Assembly (NCBI RefSeq): GCF_006345805.1
Contig: NC_043008.1
Coordinates: 34,286,001-34,350,000 of the forward strand
DNA from: Octopus sinensis
Lineage: Eukaryota
Length of the DNA stretch: 64,000 nucleotides
Reading direction: 5' to 3'
Shown: in pieces, positions 13,340 through 28,188 of the stretch
How the letters are laid out: every line of letters begins with the position of its first letter
Position numbering within the stretch: the stretch's first letter is position 1
Program-made: the position numbers and the translations under genes
Notes under the pieces: generated by a model
Databases searched by the model: none
The model's input: the letters and a program-made list of their open reading frames with translations, nothing else
Told to the model about the DNA's origin: nothing

Positions 13340-13893
13340 TCTGTATATATAAAAGGCAGGATGTGTGTGTTTGTGTGTATGTGAATGTAATTTATGCATG
13401 TCCACAAATTAGCGCGCAGGTCGCTCCAATTTTAGGAGGACATTTATCATGAACTAGCTGTATTTTTGTCAACTTATTTTTACCAGACGCACCAGTGAAT
13501 AGCAGTAAAAATAAATTTTCAATCAAAACCTATAACAATTTTCAAGTCAGAGAAATCACCATTGTTTGCAAACAGGAGTTAAGTCCCCTTCTAATGACGA
13601 GTAAGTTTTTATTAAGACTTTTGTTGTTTTTTTCCATTGAGGAAAACAACTGTTTTGTTGATATATGGGCAACACACACACATGAACATGTATGCGTACA
13701 AAAGACATGTATGCAATAGGTGTATGTACGTATGTGTGTGTTGCCTATATATATATATATATATAATATAACCAATTTCAACGGATTTCATGCAAATTTG
13801 GCATCAATGTTACTTAGTTTGGTTTGAAATAAAGAACTTAATTAGCTTGATAATCCTAACTTAATCCAGGGCAAAGCCGGGTTATACTGTTAG
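13340..13893 (+). mobile_element. Non-autonomous Helitron
   Basis: A|TCTGTATATATAAAAGGCAG 5' end; ccagggcaaagccggg hairpin then ctgTTAG|T 3' end; no TSD. Confidence 0.7.
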
Positions 13894-14041
13894 TTATTTA
13901 TACATCTATATATATATACACACACGCACATATATATAATACACATATATGTGTGCACACACACACGTAATAGACTATGTATATAAATACACACACACAT
14001 ATTATAATATATATATATACACAACATATACATAATAGACT

Positions 14042-14083
<42 letters not shown>

Positions 14084-14101
14084 ACATATACATAATAGAC
14101 T

Positions 14102-14139
<38 letters not shown>

Positions 14140-14275
14140 TTGTATATATATAGAGAGAGAGATTGCATGTATATATAGTACACATAAATATATTGTATAT
14201 ATACATATAATACTATATACATATATAGCATGTAAATATATAGATTATATATATATAGAATGTATATGTAAATAG

Positions 14276-14306
<31 letters not shown>

Positions 14307-14439
14307 GTGTATATATATATTACACACACACAAATTGCTTGAAGTTATATTAAATATATATGTATTTGAAGTTAGCGGCCTGATGTGATTGAAATGTTTT
14401 TTGCCATGCCTAGTGGATATAAATGAAAGTCAACTGCCA

Positions 14440-14470
<31 letters not shown>

Positions 14471-15778
14471 CATACAAATAATGTATATATATAATGCACA
14501 TATATATAAATCCAATCATGTAATATGTATATATACATATATTATACATTCATATATACTTACATACTTATATAGGCATGTACATACATGCATACATATA
14601 TATTTACAAGCACACATATATTTGTATATGCATATACATGTGTTTACATCTGCACAGGCATTTACATAGATATACATACATGCACAAAAAATAGCAGGAA
14701 ATTTTTATTAAAAATCATTATGCTGCAAACATTTTTTTATACATTAGCCTACAAGAACACTTATTATGCTATATAATAATGCATCTACAGTAACAATCAT
14801 ATGTCTTTTGTTTAGAAAACATAAGCTCTACTTCAGAAAATGTTAAAGCATATACAAAAATTACTTAAAAACAAATGAACCTAAATACAAATAACTTGGT
14901 ATTCCAAATATTTGCTTCAATTCTGAGATATATCATGTTTTTTTTTATCTTTTTTTATTTTAATTTTTTTCTTTTTAAAGTACAGCTTTTGTGTATTTAG
15001 TACATCAAAGTATATTTTTTTGATTCACACTTCTGATATTATCATATCTGAAACTACTTTGGTTGTATTGATACATGAATACAAGCATGACTGAATGTTT
15101 CATTTGCAATTATAAAGACCCTGGTTTGATTCCCAAATTCACCCAAATTTTTAATTATCTTAATATTTACTTGAGACACACAAACAGTGTATTCCATTGG
15201 AATATGGTCACAAAATATAGACTTCTTTTAGAATGAAACCCAGCAAAGATGATTAGATACATCCTAAGTTTCTACCTATGCAGCACAGGTATCAAGCATT
15301 GTCATTGCAGACAATTTCAAGAGTTTTTTGTCAAAATTTTTTTAAAGGAATTATTTAAATCTATTTGTTGTTGTGTGTTGAGATAAAAAATATATAAAAA
15401 TATTTATCATAGCCATATACAAAATGATTCCAAGCTGACACAATGATATGTTAATTTACATAGTGGCATTGATTCAATCAACACTACATCGTAAAGTATA
15501 TCTATAGGGTTAAACTGTATATCTAGAATTGCTATGGAATGAAACTATTACACAACATGACTGCATGTCTGGAACATGAAAATGTGTGTGTCTATACATG
15601 TATAGCAACAAAATTAAACCATTACATGAGAGTGCTTTTCACTTTCTTATACTTATATATATATACATGTAGATAGATAAAGTTTGATAAAAGTGCAGCT
15701 TTATCTAACTTTATCTGTATACTATACTGCTCTATAACTTAGAGTGGGCTTCTTTTTCAGATTTATGATTTACCCACA

Positions 15779-15818
<40 letters not shown>

Positions 15819-16523
15819 GCGCGGGTGTGTACACATATATATATATATCCACACACACACACTATTAGGAACATGATCACAAAAGAGTTAAGCAACAGAA
15901 CATATAAATAGCGAACTCCATTGTTACTATTTAAAATCAAGTTCAACTACCTACTTAATAAAAACAACACTTTGTTTAGATTGAACTCAATATAATAAAT
16001 TACTAGTTTACTAAAACACTTGTTTGTCAACTAAGTATGTGTGTGTGTGTGCATGCATGTATGTGTGTGTATATATAATGTGTATGTATTAGTGCTTGTC
16101 TTTCTGTTCTGAATAAATATTGGTTTTCATTAGACTTCAATTCATTTTTTATTTTATTTATATAAAAATATATTTATATAATTTGCATGCACGAATGTGT
16201 ATAAATCACATCTAACTGAAGACTGTTGCTGCTTTTCCTCAAAAACCCAATTAGTTTCCTTCAGTTTAATTAAAAAATATTATTAATAAGCAACACTTAC
16301 ATACTTGTACATGAGTTTTATGTTATAAATGCACTAGAAATACTAAAAAAAAAAAATAATAATTTGAAGAATGAAAAAATATCTAATATATGATTATAAT
16401 AAATAGTATTTGATACAGCAAATAAAGGTTTAATGCTTTTTGAAAATCACTTGTCCAAGACTGTCTCTTGTAGAATTGTTTATATTTCAATTAAAATTTC
16501 TCATCATGAGTAAAAATCTTTCA

Positions 16524-16749
16524 TTAACCATTTTGCATTTAAACTGGCCATACCAGCCCAAATGTTACCTGTTTTATGTTCAAATCGGCCAAATCTGGCC
16601 AATCACACCTACTCTACAAAGTCATTCTAAAAATTAAAAAAATCACATCATCAAAATCTTGAAGATATGAGATAATGCATGATTAATTGAAAACAATAGG
16701 AATAAACAAGCATTACATTTGACAAAGTAATCTGAATGTTAGTGGTTAA
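16524..16749 (+). mobile_element. TTAA-flanked (piggyBac-type) MITE, about 225 bp
   Basis: ttaaccattttgcattta...tctgaatgttagtggttaa; homologous to 29607, 55562 and 60833. Confidence 0.75.
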
Positions 16750-17827
16750 AATATGAAGCAAATAGCATATTAATAATGAAAAAGTCCAATTGTTTTAGTA
16801 AATCATTCCAAATTCTTAATTCAAAAAATAATTAAAAAGAACATGGACAGTATATTTCATAGAATAAAACATTAGAATAAATACAAAAATTCTTCCCTTA
16901 CTTTCACTACTTTATACTAATTCATTCAATAGTCTACTTAATACAATCTCTATTAACACATTTGTTCACCAAAAACTTTTCAGTCAATAATAATGATACA
17001 ACATAATGTAAAAACATAAATGTTTTAAAAAATGGAAGCATAAGGAGTTACATTACTAAAGAGAGAGAAACAATTCCTGTAGATATATACTAATCACTGC
17101 TTTATTTAATTATTGGTACAACTGTACCCTTTAATGTTGAGTACATTTCTCTTGACATGAAATCAAATGTCAGAAAGGTCCTTTATCACACGTGCAATGT
17201 AGATGAACCCAATTTAGAAACACTTTATACCATCTGGATGATTGAAAGCAAGCATTACAGTAAAACGAAAGAAATAAATTGTAAATTTTTTGACACGTTT
17301 GGCACCTTTCAGTTGATATTGAGTTTTAATCAGTTGCCGTCTGTATGCAGAGATTTTATGAAATAGTTCATTTATTTTTTCCTTTTTCTTTTTTCTGTCT
17401 GGTTATTACAAAATCTCTGAACAAAGGGTTTACTTCAATGAAACTAAAGCTTAAAAAGTAAAGAGGTGTATGTTGCCATAAGACACACTCAGTTATTGCT
17501 CTCAGCACTACATAAATGAAACATGGAACCAGGTTTTAAGTAGAAAAGAAATCATAACCAACTTCATGACAAAAATTTCTCAGTGAAAAAGAAGGAAAGA
17601 GACAAGTAGATCTGAAAGATAATGAGCCTCCCCCTTTCCCATCCTCCCCAAATACCATAACATTAGCCAGTTTAATTAGTTTTCTCAAGCCTGAAGAGAT
17701 TTGCATTGTCCAGTCTAAGTTTTTTGTTTCTTTTAAAATTTTAATCCAAATATCTAAAAGACTTCCAATGATACAAATGCTAGCAACAATTCCATCTATC
17801 TGTGTGTGTAGGTGTGTGTGTGTATGA

Positions 17828-17859
<32 letters not shown>

Positions 17860-17868
<9 letters not shown>

Positions 17869-18150
17869 CATTGACCAGGCTATTGGTTGCTGTTATACAC
17901 CATTGGTCACAATGTGTTTCCATGCATTGTTATAGCTTTTGAATAATGTCACCCAGCTGGTTAAGTTGGTAGGTCAATATTCTCCCAGAATGGAATGCCA
18001 GTCCATTGCAAGGTTACCAATTTGTAGTTGAGTGGATTGGAGCAAGGTGAAATGAAGTGTTTTGTTCAAGAACACATGCGATGCCCAGTCCAGGAATTGA
18101 AACCATGATCTTGTGATTATGAGCCCAGTGCCCATTAAGCAATGTCTTCA
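17860..18150 (-). mobile_element. SINE family C, degenerate
   Basis: Reverse-complement similarity to 3822-4085. Confidence 0.65.
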
Positions 18151-18407
18151 AACACATATACACACACACATATAGATATGTACACTCTCTCACACAAATA
18201 CAGACAGATCTGTTACAAAGATTATCAAAAGGAGGGCAGCCAACAATATAACAACTATCACAGGAAAAAATAATAGCAATCCAAGATTAACAACAACTTA
18301 ATTACCAATAATTCATGTGGCAAATCAAATTAAAAACAAAATTTAAATGCAGTAGAAATTATAACATACTGCATAAGACAAAAGATGACAATGATGATAA
18401 TGATTGC

Positions 18408-18450
<43 letters not shown>

Positions 18451-19689
18451 TGTAACAAATAAAAAAAAACAATATGAAATTAACCAGATGTCTTAGATTC
18501 TGGTAATGCATGCAATGTTTTTTTTTTCCTGATAAATGTTTTTGAAATTTCTTTAAAAACATACAAGGTCAGTGAAAAATATTAAGTAAAATATCAAATT
18601 CCACTTAAGAAAGAATAGAATTGAAATCTTTATTCAATATGTTTGATTATATAAAATGATCAATTTTCTTGAAAAAGCAAATGTCTGCAATAGTATTTGT
18701 TTCGTTACATGCAATAATATCCTTCACACTTTATGGGAAATATAAGAACTTCATTTCATAATATATATCTTTTTTTTAAATTTTTTTTGTCGTTTTACTT
18801 GGACCACTTAACCAAGTATTTCTATCCAATTAGTAGTACAAGTCTCAAATAATTCACAACCGCTTTTGTTCTTTTATTAGGTTTTTAATAAAATAGATTT
18901 GCACCACACACCAGAAAATGAAAAGATAAAAACATTTTTTGCAGGAATATTTTTAAATGGTTTTTCTTAAAAAAAAAAATATTTTGAAAGAAATTGTAGT
19001 TTCTTTTCAAGAAATAAAATATGAGCTAATGTCAGTAGGACATGAGATACAGTTGTTTCTAACAGAAAAGCTAGAAAAGATGTAAAGCTTCAGTTTCTGT
19101 ATTCCTTACAGTAGTAAAGACATATGATAACAATAGAAAATATTGAAAATAAAGGTATCAATAGCAAATAAAGAAGAGAGAGGGGTAGAATAATCAGTAT
19201 GACTGAAAGACAGAGGTAAAGTTTTCATTTGAAGAACTAAGTAGTATTTTAAGCTTTTGAAGTAATAAATATACAACAGTAGTCCCCAGATGGTATGCCA
19301 CAGTACATGAGCATGCCTCAGAAGGTAGCTAGGTGTGTTATGAAAACAATTTTATGAAATTCTTGTTTTGGAATGGTTAACTTGAAACAAATAAAGCTAT
19401 TCATAATAGCATGTAAATAAAGCTGCCAGCAGGACTTGAACCCACATCTCCTGTAAACATGACAGGTGGTCTGTTCCATGGCAGCCTCAAATTTTTCTAT
19501 CCCCAAATTTCTTAATGCCCAATTACCACACTATTATCTATAACTTTACTTGCTTCCAGTTAAACTATTCCAAAGAAAAGAAAAAAAAAAAATTCATATT
19601 CTTCAAAGTTCATAAATTATGATGCCAATAGTAAAATTATATTTTTAGAAAGTGAGATTCTAAATGTCTTAAGAACTAAGTCTATACAT

Positions 19690-19878
19690 TGGTTTCAAAT
19701 TTTGGCACCAAGCCAGTAATTTCAGGGGAGGGGGTTAAGTCAACTACAATGACACCAGTGCTATTTTACTGACCCTGGAAGGATGAAAGGCAAAGTTGAC
19801 CTGAGAGTGTATAGATGGATCAAATGCCACTAAACACTTCGCCTGGTGTACCAACGATTCTGCCAGCTTGCCACCATA
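19690..19878 (-). mobile_element. SINE family B (Meta/MESC-like core ttcatccttYcggggtc)
   Basis: Reverse-complement similarity to 32973-33196. Confidence 0.7.
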
Positions 19879-21499
19879 AACTAAGCCCATATATTGAATA
19901 AAAAAATACTTAATAAGTTTCAATGATATATATAGTTTTAAAAAATATTTTAACACAAAGTACTAAATTGTTTTAATACTATGTGTGCCAAAACAATTTC
20001 ATTTGCTCAGATGTATTCTGTGACTAAAAAAAGTTTAGGAATCACATTATTTTATTTTACAGCCTTAAAATTAGCCAAAGTTTTAAGATAGAGTGAAAAA
20101 AACATATTCAACTTCTCTACCCTCACTTTTGTCCAGGTTGAAGGAGAATTATAGCATTTGCTTCTATGAATGTTTCAAAGTTTTGGAACTCTGCATTGGA
20201 TATTCCAGGTGTAATAAGATGCTTTAAGTATGTAGAAACAAATGATATAAACTTGTGTTTATTGTAATTCCTCCTACATTTGCTCTGTATATCATAACTA
20301 GTAATACTACTAAGTAGTTACCAAACCACTATACTGGAAGCAAATTGGATGATGATAATCTACATGGAGCTCTAAACTCAACAGTAAACCATACATCTAC
20401 TAGTACATTTTATATATATAATGTGTGTGTGTGTGTTATAAATAGATAGATAACTGGGAACAAAATAAACATATGATAAAGCTGTTATGATATAAAGAAA
20501 AAAGACCCCTCCACTCCAACAAACCCCAGTTTTCTATTATTTAGCTGCAGTTAATCAATAGTTAAACTATGTAACAAAATCCTTCATATATGTTCACTAA
20601 CATTCTTCATTCACTTTAATGAATTCAGTTCCTAGGAAAGGAACAAATTTTCCATTTTCTAAAGGCTGTCATTTGTTAAGTTTAAATGTAAACAGAATTT
20701 GTCAAAGACACAATAAGTATTTACTCATAATTTCATAACTAAATATATCACTGGAATAATAAAAAAAAAAAAATTATGAAAGAAAAAAAATCAAAAATCA
20801 TTTACACTTACAACAGAAGTACATAATTCGTAGTGGAAATAGCTTTTTAATCTTTCTATTATTGCTTACACAAATGAATTGCTATATTTACAATTAATTT
20901 TTTTTTTATGAAAGATAAAATAAAGTACTAAAAAACAATTCAAGTACGAAATACCAAGATTACATTCAACTGTAAAGCTATATGAAAACTGTCACACTAT
21001 GGAAGCATCACGAAGATCGCATGTAATTTATATCTATTTAGGTCCTACATTTCATGCGGTGGGTCTCTAACATTAAAGAAGGGTGAAGTCTCTAAAATAT
21101 GACATCCTACATAGCATAATGGTTAGCAAGACAACAGTGGCTAGCAAAGCCTACCCTGCTTTGAGGAACAATGGTAGAGATTGGTGGAATGTGTCCACAA
21201 ATCTCTTTGGTCTTGTACTCATGAGAAGTCAGGTGTATGTACCATCCAAGTGATTTTGAAGATCTTTCATCATAGTTCAGGTTTTAGTTATATAGAGAGA
21301 AATGGTCTCTCTCTCCCTCTCTAAATCCTGAAGAGCACCAGCCTAGTTAACTTTGAAATAACTTGATTGCCAAATATTATGAAGCTTTTTACAGGCATTC
21401 TAAGATTGACTCTTATGTGTCAGAAAATATTTCTTATTGTTAGTAAACACTGAATCAAAATATAGATACACTTACATGTGAATATATGTCAACACACAC

Positions 21500-21680
21500 A
21501 CACACAAACACACACATACATACATATATACATTATATATAAAATGGGCTTCTGCATAGACTCTGCCAACCAAATTCTACTCACTAAAAATTCTGGTGAA
21601 GACACATCTCTCAAGGTGTTGTGCAGTGGGACTGAACCTGCAACCATGTGACTGCTAAGCAAACATCTGAACCAAATAGC
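21500..21680 (-). mobile_element. SINE family A, 5' half
   Basis: gggcttct...gcagtgggactgaacctgcaaccatgtg. Confidence 0.7.
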
Positions 21681-24631
21681 CCAATCTATACCCAAATGAA
21701 AAAATGTGTATGTGCCCAGCTGTTTAGCTTGGTGATGTGGCAAATGCTGGGATCCATGTAGCTTAAACAAAGTTAGTAACAAATCAATTATTCAAAACAG
21801 CAATAGTATCATTATATAAATCCTAGTAAATCTCACTTTTTACAAGCTGAAAAATAAACCTCTTTCTTTCCCTCTGTCACACCACACATCACCACATTCA
21901 TTCCCAACACATACCAGCTGTTACCTTTCTTATGTTATATCTCTTGTAAGCAATTGTTTTTTTTTTTATGTTTGCTCAGCCTATTTCCAAAGTTCTATAC
22001 TGCACTTCCATTATGTACATCTGACTAGAATTTGTAGTTGAATTTCCCTAAGATCACATCTTACCCATCTTAATAAAAAAAGTGAATAATAAAAAAAATG
22101 GAAAAGACACAAAGTATAATACAGTTCTAGATACCTGAAATAGAGAAGAGTGGTCCTTTTTGGAATGCCTTAGAAAATTATAATAGGTCAGTTCATTCAG
22201 GCAAAAAACCTGGGGCAAAAGCATTTAATTTTATTCGTTAATTCATTATAAAATGTTAAAATATTCCACTATATACACTGATGCTTCTGTCATTACTAAT
22301 CTATCAATCACATACAATTTAAAGATTAATAAAGATATTTCTTTGGTGAAACATCAACCCATTAATAAGACATCCCAATTTAGATACAGCACTAACACTA
22401 CTTCCATTTTCTCCATTTTAATAATAATAATAATAATATTAAAGTTATATATCTCATCTAATTGTTTCAGAAGAGCATTCAGCAACAACTATGCCTAGGT
22501 TACAAGAAAGAAGATATTCCTCCGTATGTGTGTGTGTGTGTGTATACATACATGCACATCACATATATACTAGTAACAAACTGGGAGAATGAGTACTCAA
22601 CACCAGGAAAGTGGATGAAAAATTCTTTCTGATGGAATATTTGTTGCCTTTCTGGCACCTAAAGTTTCACACTAACAGAGATCAACATTTTTAACCAGAA
22701 TTCATTTTACAAATGACATTCTACCATTAAAGTTGACACTCACGTGTGCCTCTCTGTGTGTGCGTATGAGTGTGTGTGTATGAGTGTGTGTGTGTGTGTA
22801 TCTATAGGCTTATTTGTTTTTATGCAAAGTTATAAAAAGAAACAGTCAAACATTAATTGAATGATCATCAATGCATCTAAATAGAATATCATTAATTTTT
22901 ACAAGGAAATGATTGACAGTAACTTTGAAGTTTTGCTGAGTAATTAGGGTATGTACTACGTACTATTGCCTGAAAGAGAGAACACAAAACGTCTGTAAAG
23001 ATACCATTTATTGAGCAAATTGGAAAGTTTGATACCTCACAGTAACCAGCAAGCCCATCTTCAGACAAGCCTTAGGCATTATTAGTAAAACATTGTTAGT
23101 AATAACGACAAACTGAAATATTTATGAAATATACCCTATGTCACTACCAATGTTTCATACTTCATGGTTCTTCTCAGGGAACACTGAAGAGAATTTCATC
23201 ATTTGAAATGTGGGCACCACAGAACATATGATAGATAAAAATATTATAAACTATATTGTAATGTACTGAGCTCTTTATTGTATGACTGGTCTTCTTAGTG
23301 TTCAGCTTAAGAATTTTATACATAAGTAAACTTTAGGTCAGTTCAAATGTATTTGGGACATATTTCAACATGAAAAGGCTTTTATAATACAGCTAACCAT
23401 GGGGAAGAAATTCTTACTTTAGGTAACAAAGGTGTGAGAACATTATTGTCAGTTTAGAATGCCCTGTGCAGACTTGCAATGAAAAAGCCTTTACAAGTTG
23501 AAATATGCCCCAAATATATTTGAACTAATCTAAAGTTTGTTTATTTTTCATCATTGCTTTGCATAATTGTGTGTGTGTATAACAGTTTGTTATATATATA
23601 GAAGTTCAAGGAAGGGTATGAAGGAAACAAACAAAGCTTTTCTGCAACTATTTCCTTTCAAAATATGTCAGTAAATTAATACAATTGTCATAGAATATTT
23701 GTATAGGCATTTGTAAAATATGTTACATAGTTTAGTGATAATAATAGAATTACTGTAGAGTATGACTAGAATCAAGGTCAAACCAAATGAGCCTGTTACC
23801 CAACCTGCTAGAAATAGCAGCTAAGCTTACTTGAATAAAATAAAAGAAAAATAAGACTGAATGGATACAAACAGAAAAGTTATGGGTACAGATATGCATG
23901 ACTGGGCACTGACCTGGGGCAAATACTGACCCAACAAACATTAGCATATACAGGAGCAATACAATTGCTGTCATAGAAAGAAATGCATAAGAGAAAGTAA
24001 TTCAATCTCTGTAGGCAACTGCTTATTAGTACAACAAAGCACTTTTTTTTTTCTCTTTTTAATAAACAGCATGCTGAAATAACTCTTCAATGCAATATAT
24101 TCCATTTGCATACAAGAATAATGAAATAAATATTTGTAAAAAGCACAGCTTGCAAGTGTAGCTTTGTGAATGAGCCGCTACGTGGTTATTTCATCTGGAA
24201 GAAAAGCAACCAAATACCCTCAAATCACACTCTACTATTTAGAAAAAAAAAAAGGAAGTGTCTTTAGTCCTAGATATATAATGTTTGAATAAAAGACAAT
24301 ATGGTGATAGCTTGAATGCTTCAGATCAGTTAAAAAACAACAAATTTATCAATTCATCTTCTATAATGATGAAATAAATATTTAAAAAAAAAAAAACAAA
24401 GAAAAACCCACAAAGAAAAAAACTGTAAACTATTTTAATGTCTGTATTGCAATACCTGTAACAAAATTTCGTCATTGCCAGACAGACATATCTCCCTGTC
24501 ACTATACCAAGCATCTTGACATTGATGTTTCAAAGTAATTTTAGAACATTCTCAAACAAATCAAAAAGCCTTTTGTTTAACAATGCTGGGGTAGAAAAAA
24601 AAAAAAAAAAAAGCACTGGTGCATAAACCTA

Positions 24632-24845
24632 GTGGAGGCGCAATGGCCTAGTGGTTAGGCAGCGACTCGCGGTCGCAGGATCGCGGTTCGATTCTCAGAC
24701 CGGGCGTTGTGTGTGTTTATTGAGCGAAAACACCTAAAAGCTCTACGAGGCTCCGGCAGGGGGTGGTGATCCCTGCTGTACTCTTTCACCACAATGGCGG
24801 TGCCCCAGCATGGCCACAGCTCAAGAGCTGAAACTGGAAAAACAA
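24632..24845 (+). mobile_element. tRNA-derived SINE family D 5' part fused to a family-A-type 3' tail
   Basis: gtggaggcgcaatggcctagtggttagg...ggttcgattctcagacc head matches 63630-63813. Switches to ggcggtgccccagcatggccacagc near 24796. Confidence 0.75.
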
Positions 24846-25142
24846 AAACAAACAAAAACAAAACCAACAAAGGAATTCTATATTGTCATTCAACCGGCCA
24901 GAAAGTCAGTCAAATCTCTTTCAAATTACACACTTTCATCTTGGAGAGAGAAACAGAAACATGTTATAATGTAATCCAAGAATGGTTATAGCATGAATAC
25001 TTTTGAGCACAGGTCTACTTAATCCTTGCAGACCCATAGCTAAATAACAACAACAATTATGTGCAAGCAATATTTTCCAGTTTTTGGTATTTTCTACTTG
25101 AATGTTTCAATAATAAATTACAAACAAAATAGATGATATTAC

Positions 25143-25495
25143 TCTTTTACCTGTTTCAGTCATTTGACTGTGACTATGCTGGAGCACCGCCTTTAGTCGA
25201 GCAAATCGACCTTAGGACTTATTCTTTGTAAGCCTAGTACTTATTCTATCGGTCTCTTTTGCCGAACTGCTAAGTTACAGGGATGTAAACACACCAGCAT
25301 CGGTTGTTAAGCAATGCTGGGGGGACAAACACATATGACAGGCTTCTTTCAGTTTCCATCTTCCAAATCCACTCACAAGGTTTTGGTCGGCCCAAGGCGA
25401 TAGTAGAAGACACTTGCCCAAGGTGCCACGCAGTGGGACTGAACCCAGAACCATGTGGTTGGTAAGCAAGCTACTTACCACACAGCCACTCCTGC
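25143..25495 (-). mobile_element. SINE family A
   Basis: Near full-length reverse-complement copy. Confidence 0.85.
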
Positions 25496-26764
25496 ACCTG
25501 TTAACCAGAAATTGCTCATCATTATAAATTGTTATGGCTGTAATGCAGGCATGAGCAACCTTCTGCAAGAAGTGGGGTGCTTGTCATCAGGTGAGGCATA
25601 CTACTAAAAAAATTCAAGGTAATTATTTTAAGCATGCCATTCAAAAAGCCCCACAGGATTCTCTTTACCCATGACTGATGCAATGTAACCACTGATTTGA
25701 CCCAGGTCTGCACAGATATTAGTGAAAAATAAGATCTATGATCAGAGGTGTTTGAGCCTTGTTCATTACATTCCACTATTCTATCTCATCTTCTTTTCAG
25801 ACAGAGTCTATCTAAAACTCCCTTATCCTTGGCCCCTTAAAAAGCAAAAGCAAAAAAAAAAAAAAAATAATAATAATAATAAATATAAACCATAGGGTGT
25901 AATTTGAAGGAAATCTGATTGCTATTTCTTGACACAAAACTGAACACATTCTTTCACACTAGGTGAATGGACAGAGTTTAAGTTGTAGTTCTTAAGTTAT
26001 TGCAACCCCACCCCAAGACAGTGTAGTGAGCAGCACAATTGGAAGAAGTAACAGAATAAAATAAATTCAAGGAAAACATTTTTTATTGGACTACTCAAAC
26101 AAAAAGATTACTTAAATTCAAATTCATTAGATTATAAAAATTAAAGAACATGACATATTACTAAATAGAATTAAAACACACATAGCTATATAAATGAATG
26201 TGTTTAGATTTTAATGAAATTAAAATTCGTTTTGATGGCTAAGGAAACTACTAAAGTAATCAATATTTATATATTTATTGCAAATTATTGCTTAGTGATC
26301 AATATTTATAGGTCAATGAGATGAAATTAAGAAAAAGTGGAATCACTGAAGTTAAAACAACATATCCAGAACAAAATCAAGAAATTATAACATGGATAAG
26401 TTAGTGTTAATAAAGTTCATGCAGGAAACCTTTAAATCACTAAGTAGAAATAATAATGTATGGAAGAAAATTACTTTAAGTCTGACTATTTTTATTAACA
26501 TTTTCCTCTTGTAAAATATGAGGGAAAACTCCAGACAAACTTCAGTCATATTCTGACCTCATCAGAGAGCATACCCTTCACCATGCTTGCCAAAAGTAGT
26601 GGTGAAAGAACAGCAAGACAAATGTATGAAATTGTACACTGGTTTGCAGGTGGGCTCAATGGTGATCACCCATAGGAAACTGTTAACAGGAAAGAAGCAG
26701 AAGAAGAATGGAAGGAGTCTAATGGTGCTTTGGTATTTTGAAACTGATGTTCTTTTCTCTCTGA

Positions 26765-26854
26765 TGCTCTCTCTCTCTCTCTCTCTTTCACACACACACA
26801 CTCTCTCTCTCTCACACACACACACACACTCTCTCTCTCACACACACACACACA

Positions 26855-26885
<31 letters not shown>

Positions 26886-26888
26886 TCT
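26765..26888. repeat. Compound (CT)n/(CA)n microsatellite
   Basis: Alternating CT and CA blocks. Confidence 0.95.
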
Positions 26889-27399
26889 CCCCACCGCTCA
26901 CAATTCTGCTTCATCCTGATCTATTATTTTTTCTTTGCTTTCTGTCTGCAAGTCAAATTTACATAACGGTAATACCTCACAGGGCTGGGATGGCATCAGA
27001 AGAGGAAGGAAGAGTAGAAGGAAACAGAATAAACAAGTTTAACAACTGAGATGATTTGTAATTCATTATCATTATTATTATCGATTACAACAAAATCAAC
27101 AAAAACGACATAACCAATAATACATACATACATACGTATATATATGTGTGTATATAACATATGTGTATATTACAATCTATCAATATGTAGCATGGTAAAC
27201 ATCCATGCAATATGACAATACAATAATATAATTATGTGTTACATAACACAGAAGAGTATCTACATGACTGTATTAATCAGAAATTTTGATTCCTCTTCAT
27301 ATACACAAATGTATACACATATACAAAACGCTCACACATGCGAACAGTCAGGCATGGAAGAAAAACAAAATTGGTGCAGTTGGCTGGAATGAACAATTT

Positions 27400-27666
27400 T
27401 ATCTACTTGTTAGTCCAACCATATATTCTGAGTTCCATCAGACCTGACCTGACCTGACCTGGCTGAATAGAAGAGACTAGACAAAAAAAAAAACGTTGTA
27501 TTAGATGTGAGTGGAGGAGGAATGGGGGAGACAGGCAAGGAAGAGAAGAAGAAAAGGAGATGGAGAGAGGAAGAACAACAAAGTGAAAACCTGAATGAGG
27601 AAGAATAAAGCAGAAGGAAGGTGTCTGAGGATGGAGTGGTATGGGGAACAGAAACAAAACTGTGTG

Positions 27667-27701
<35 letters not shown>

Positions 27702-28188
27702 TTATTGAGAGAGAGAGAGAGATGAGAAGAAAGAACATAAAGGGCTGCTTTATTATATGGATAGAAAGAAATAAAGGAATCTTGATGAATAGTTCCAACA
27801 AAATATATTTGAAATAATGTTAAAAATTGGAAAGAAAATAAAAAATATAAAAAAAAAACAAAGGGAAATAAAAGATTAAAAAAAAGCCAAAAGTACAGAT
27901 GTAATAAACAACAACCCTGTTGAAGTTGAGCAATGCCAGCAAGCAACAAGTTGGAAAAATGGTGGCACATTGACATTGAAAATATATGACAGCTTACTGT
28001 AGGCAACGGGCTGCGTTGGTCAGCTGACATGTCAACTTATACATACACACACGCACACACTCATGTATATACACACACATGTATATACACACACATACAT
28101 ACACACATGTATATTTTGTGGTGGCATTGGTGGTGGTCACTTCTACTTTTTTTCTTCCTCATCAGCTGACATTCGAATCTAGTTCAAC
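27400..28188 (-). other. SNX27: Probable SNX27 terminal exon / start of 3'UTR (3' end undetermined, possibly much longer)
   Basis: Strong acceptor gatttctttgctttcag|GTTGAAC at 28189-28191, followed by U-rich, stop-rich, largely unique sequence on the minus strand. Confidence 0.5.

Noticed and set aside
24632-24710. tRNA-like A and B boxes (also 3822, 32973, 59590, 63740)
   Set aside because: SINE heads; no complete cloverleaf, and each continues into a repeat body.
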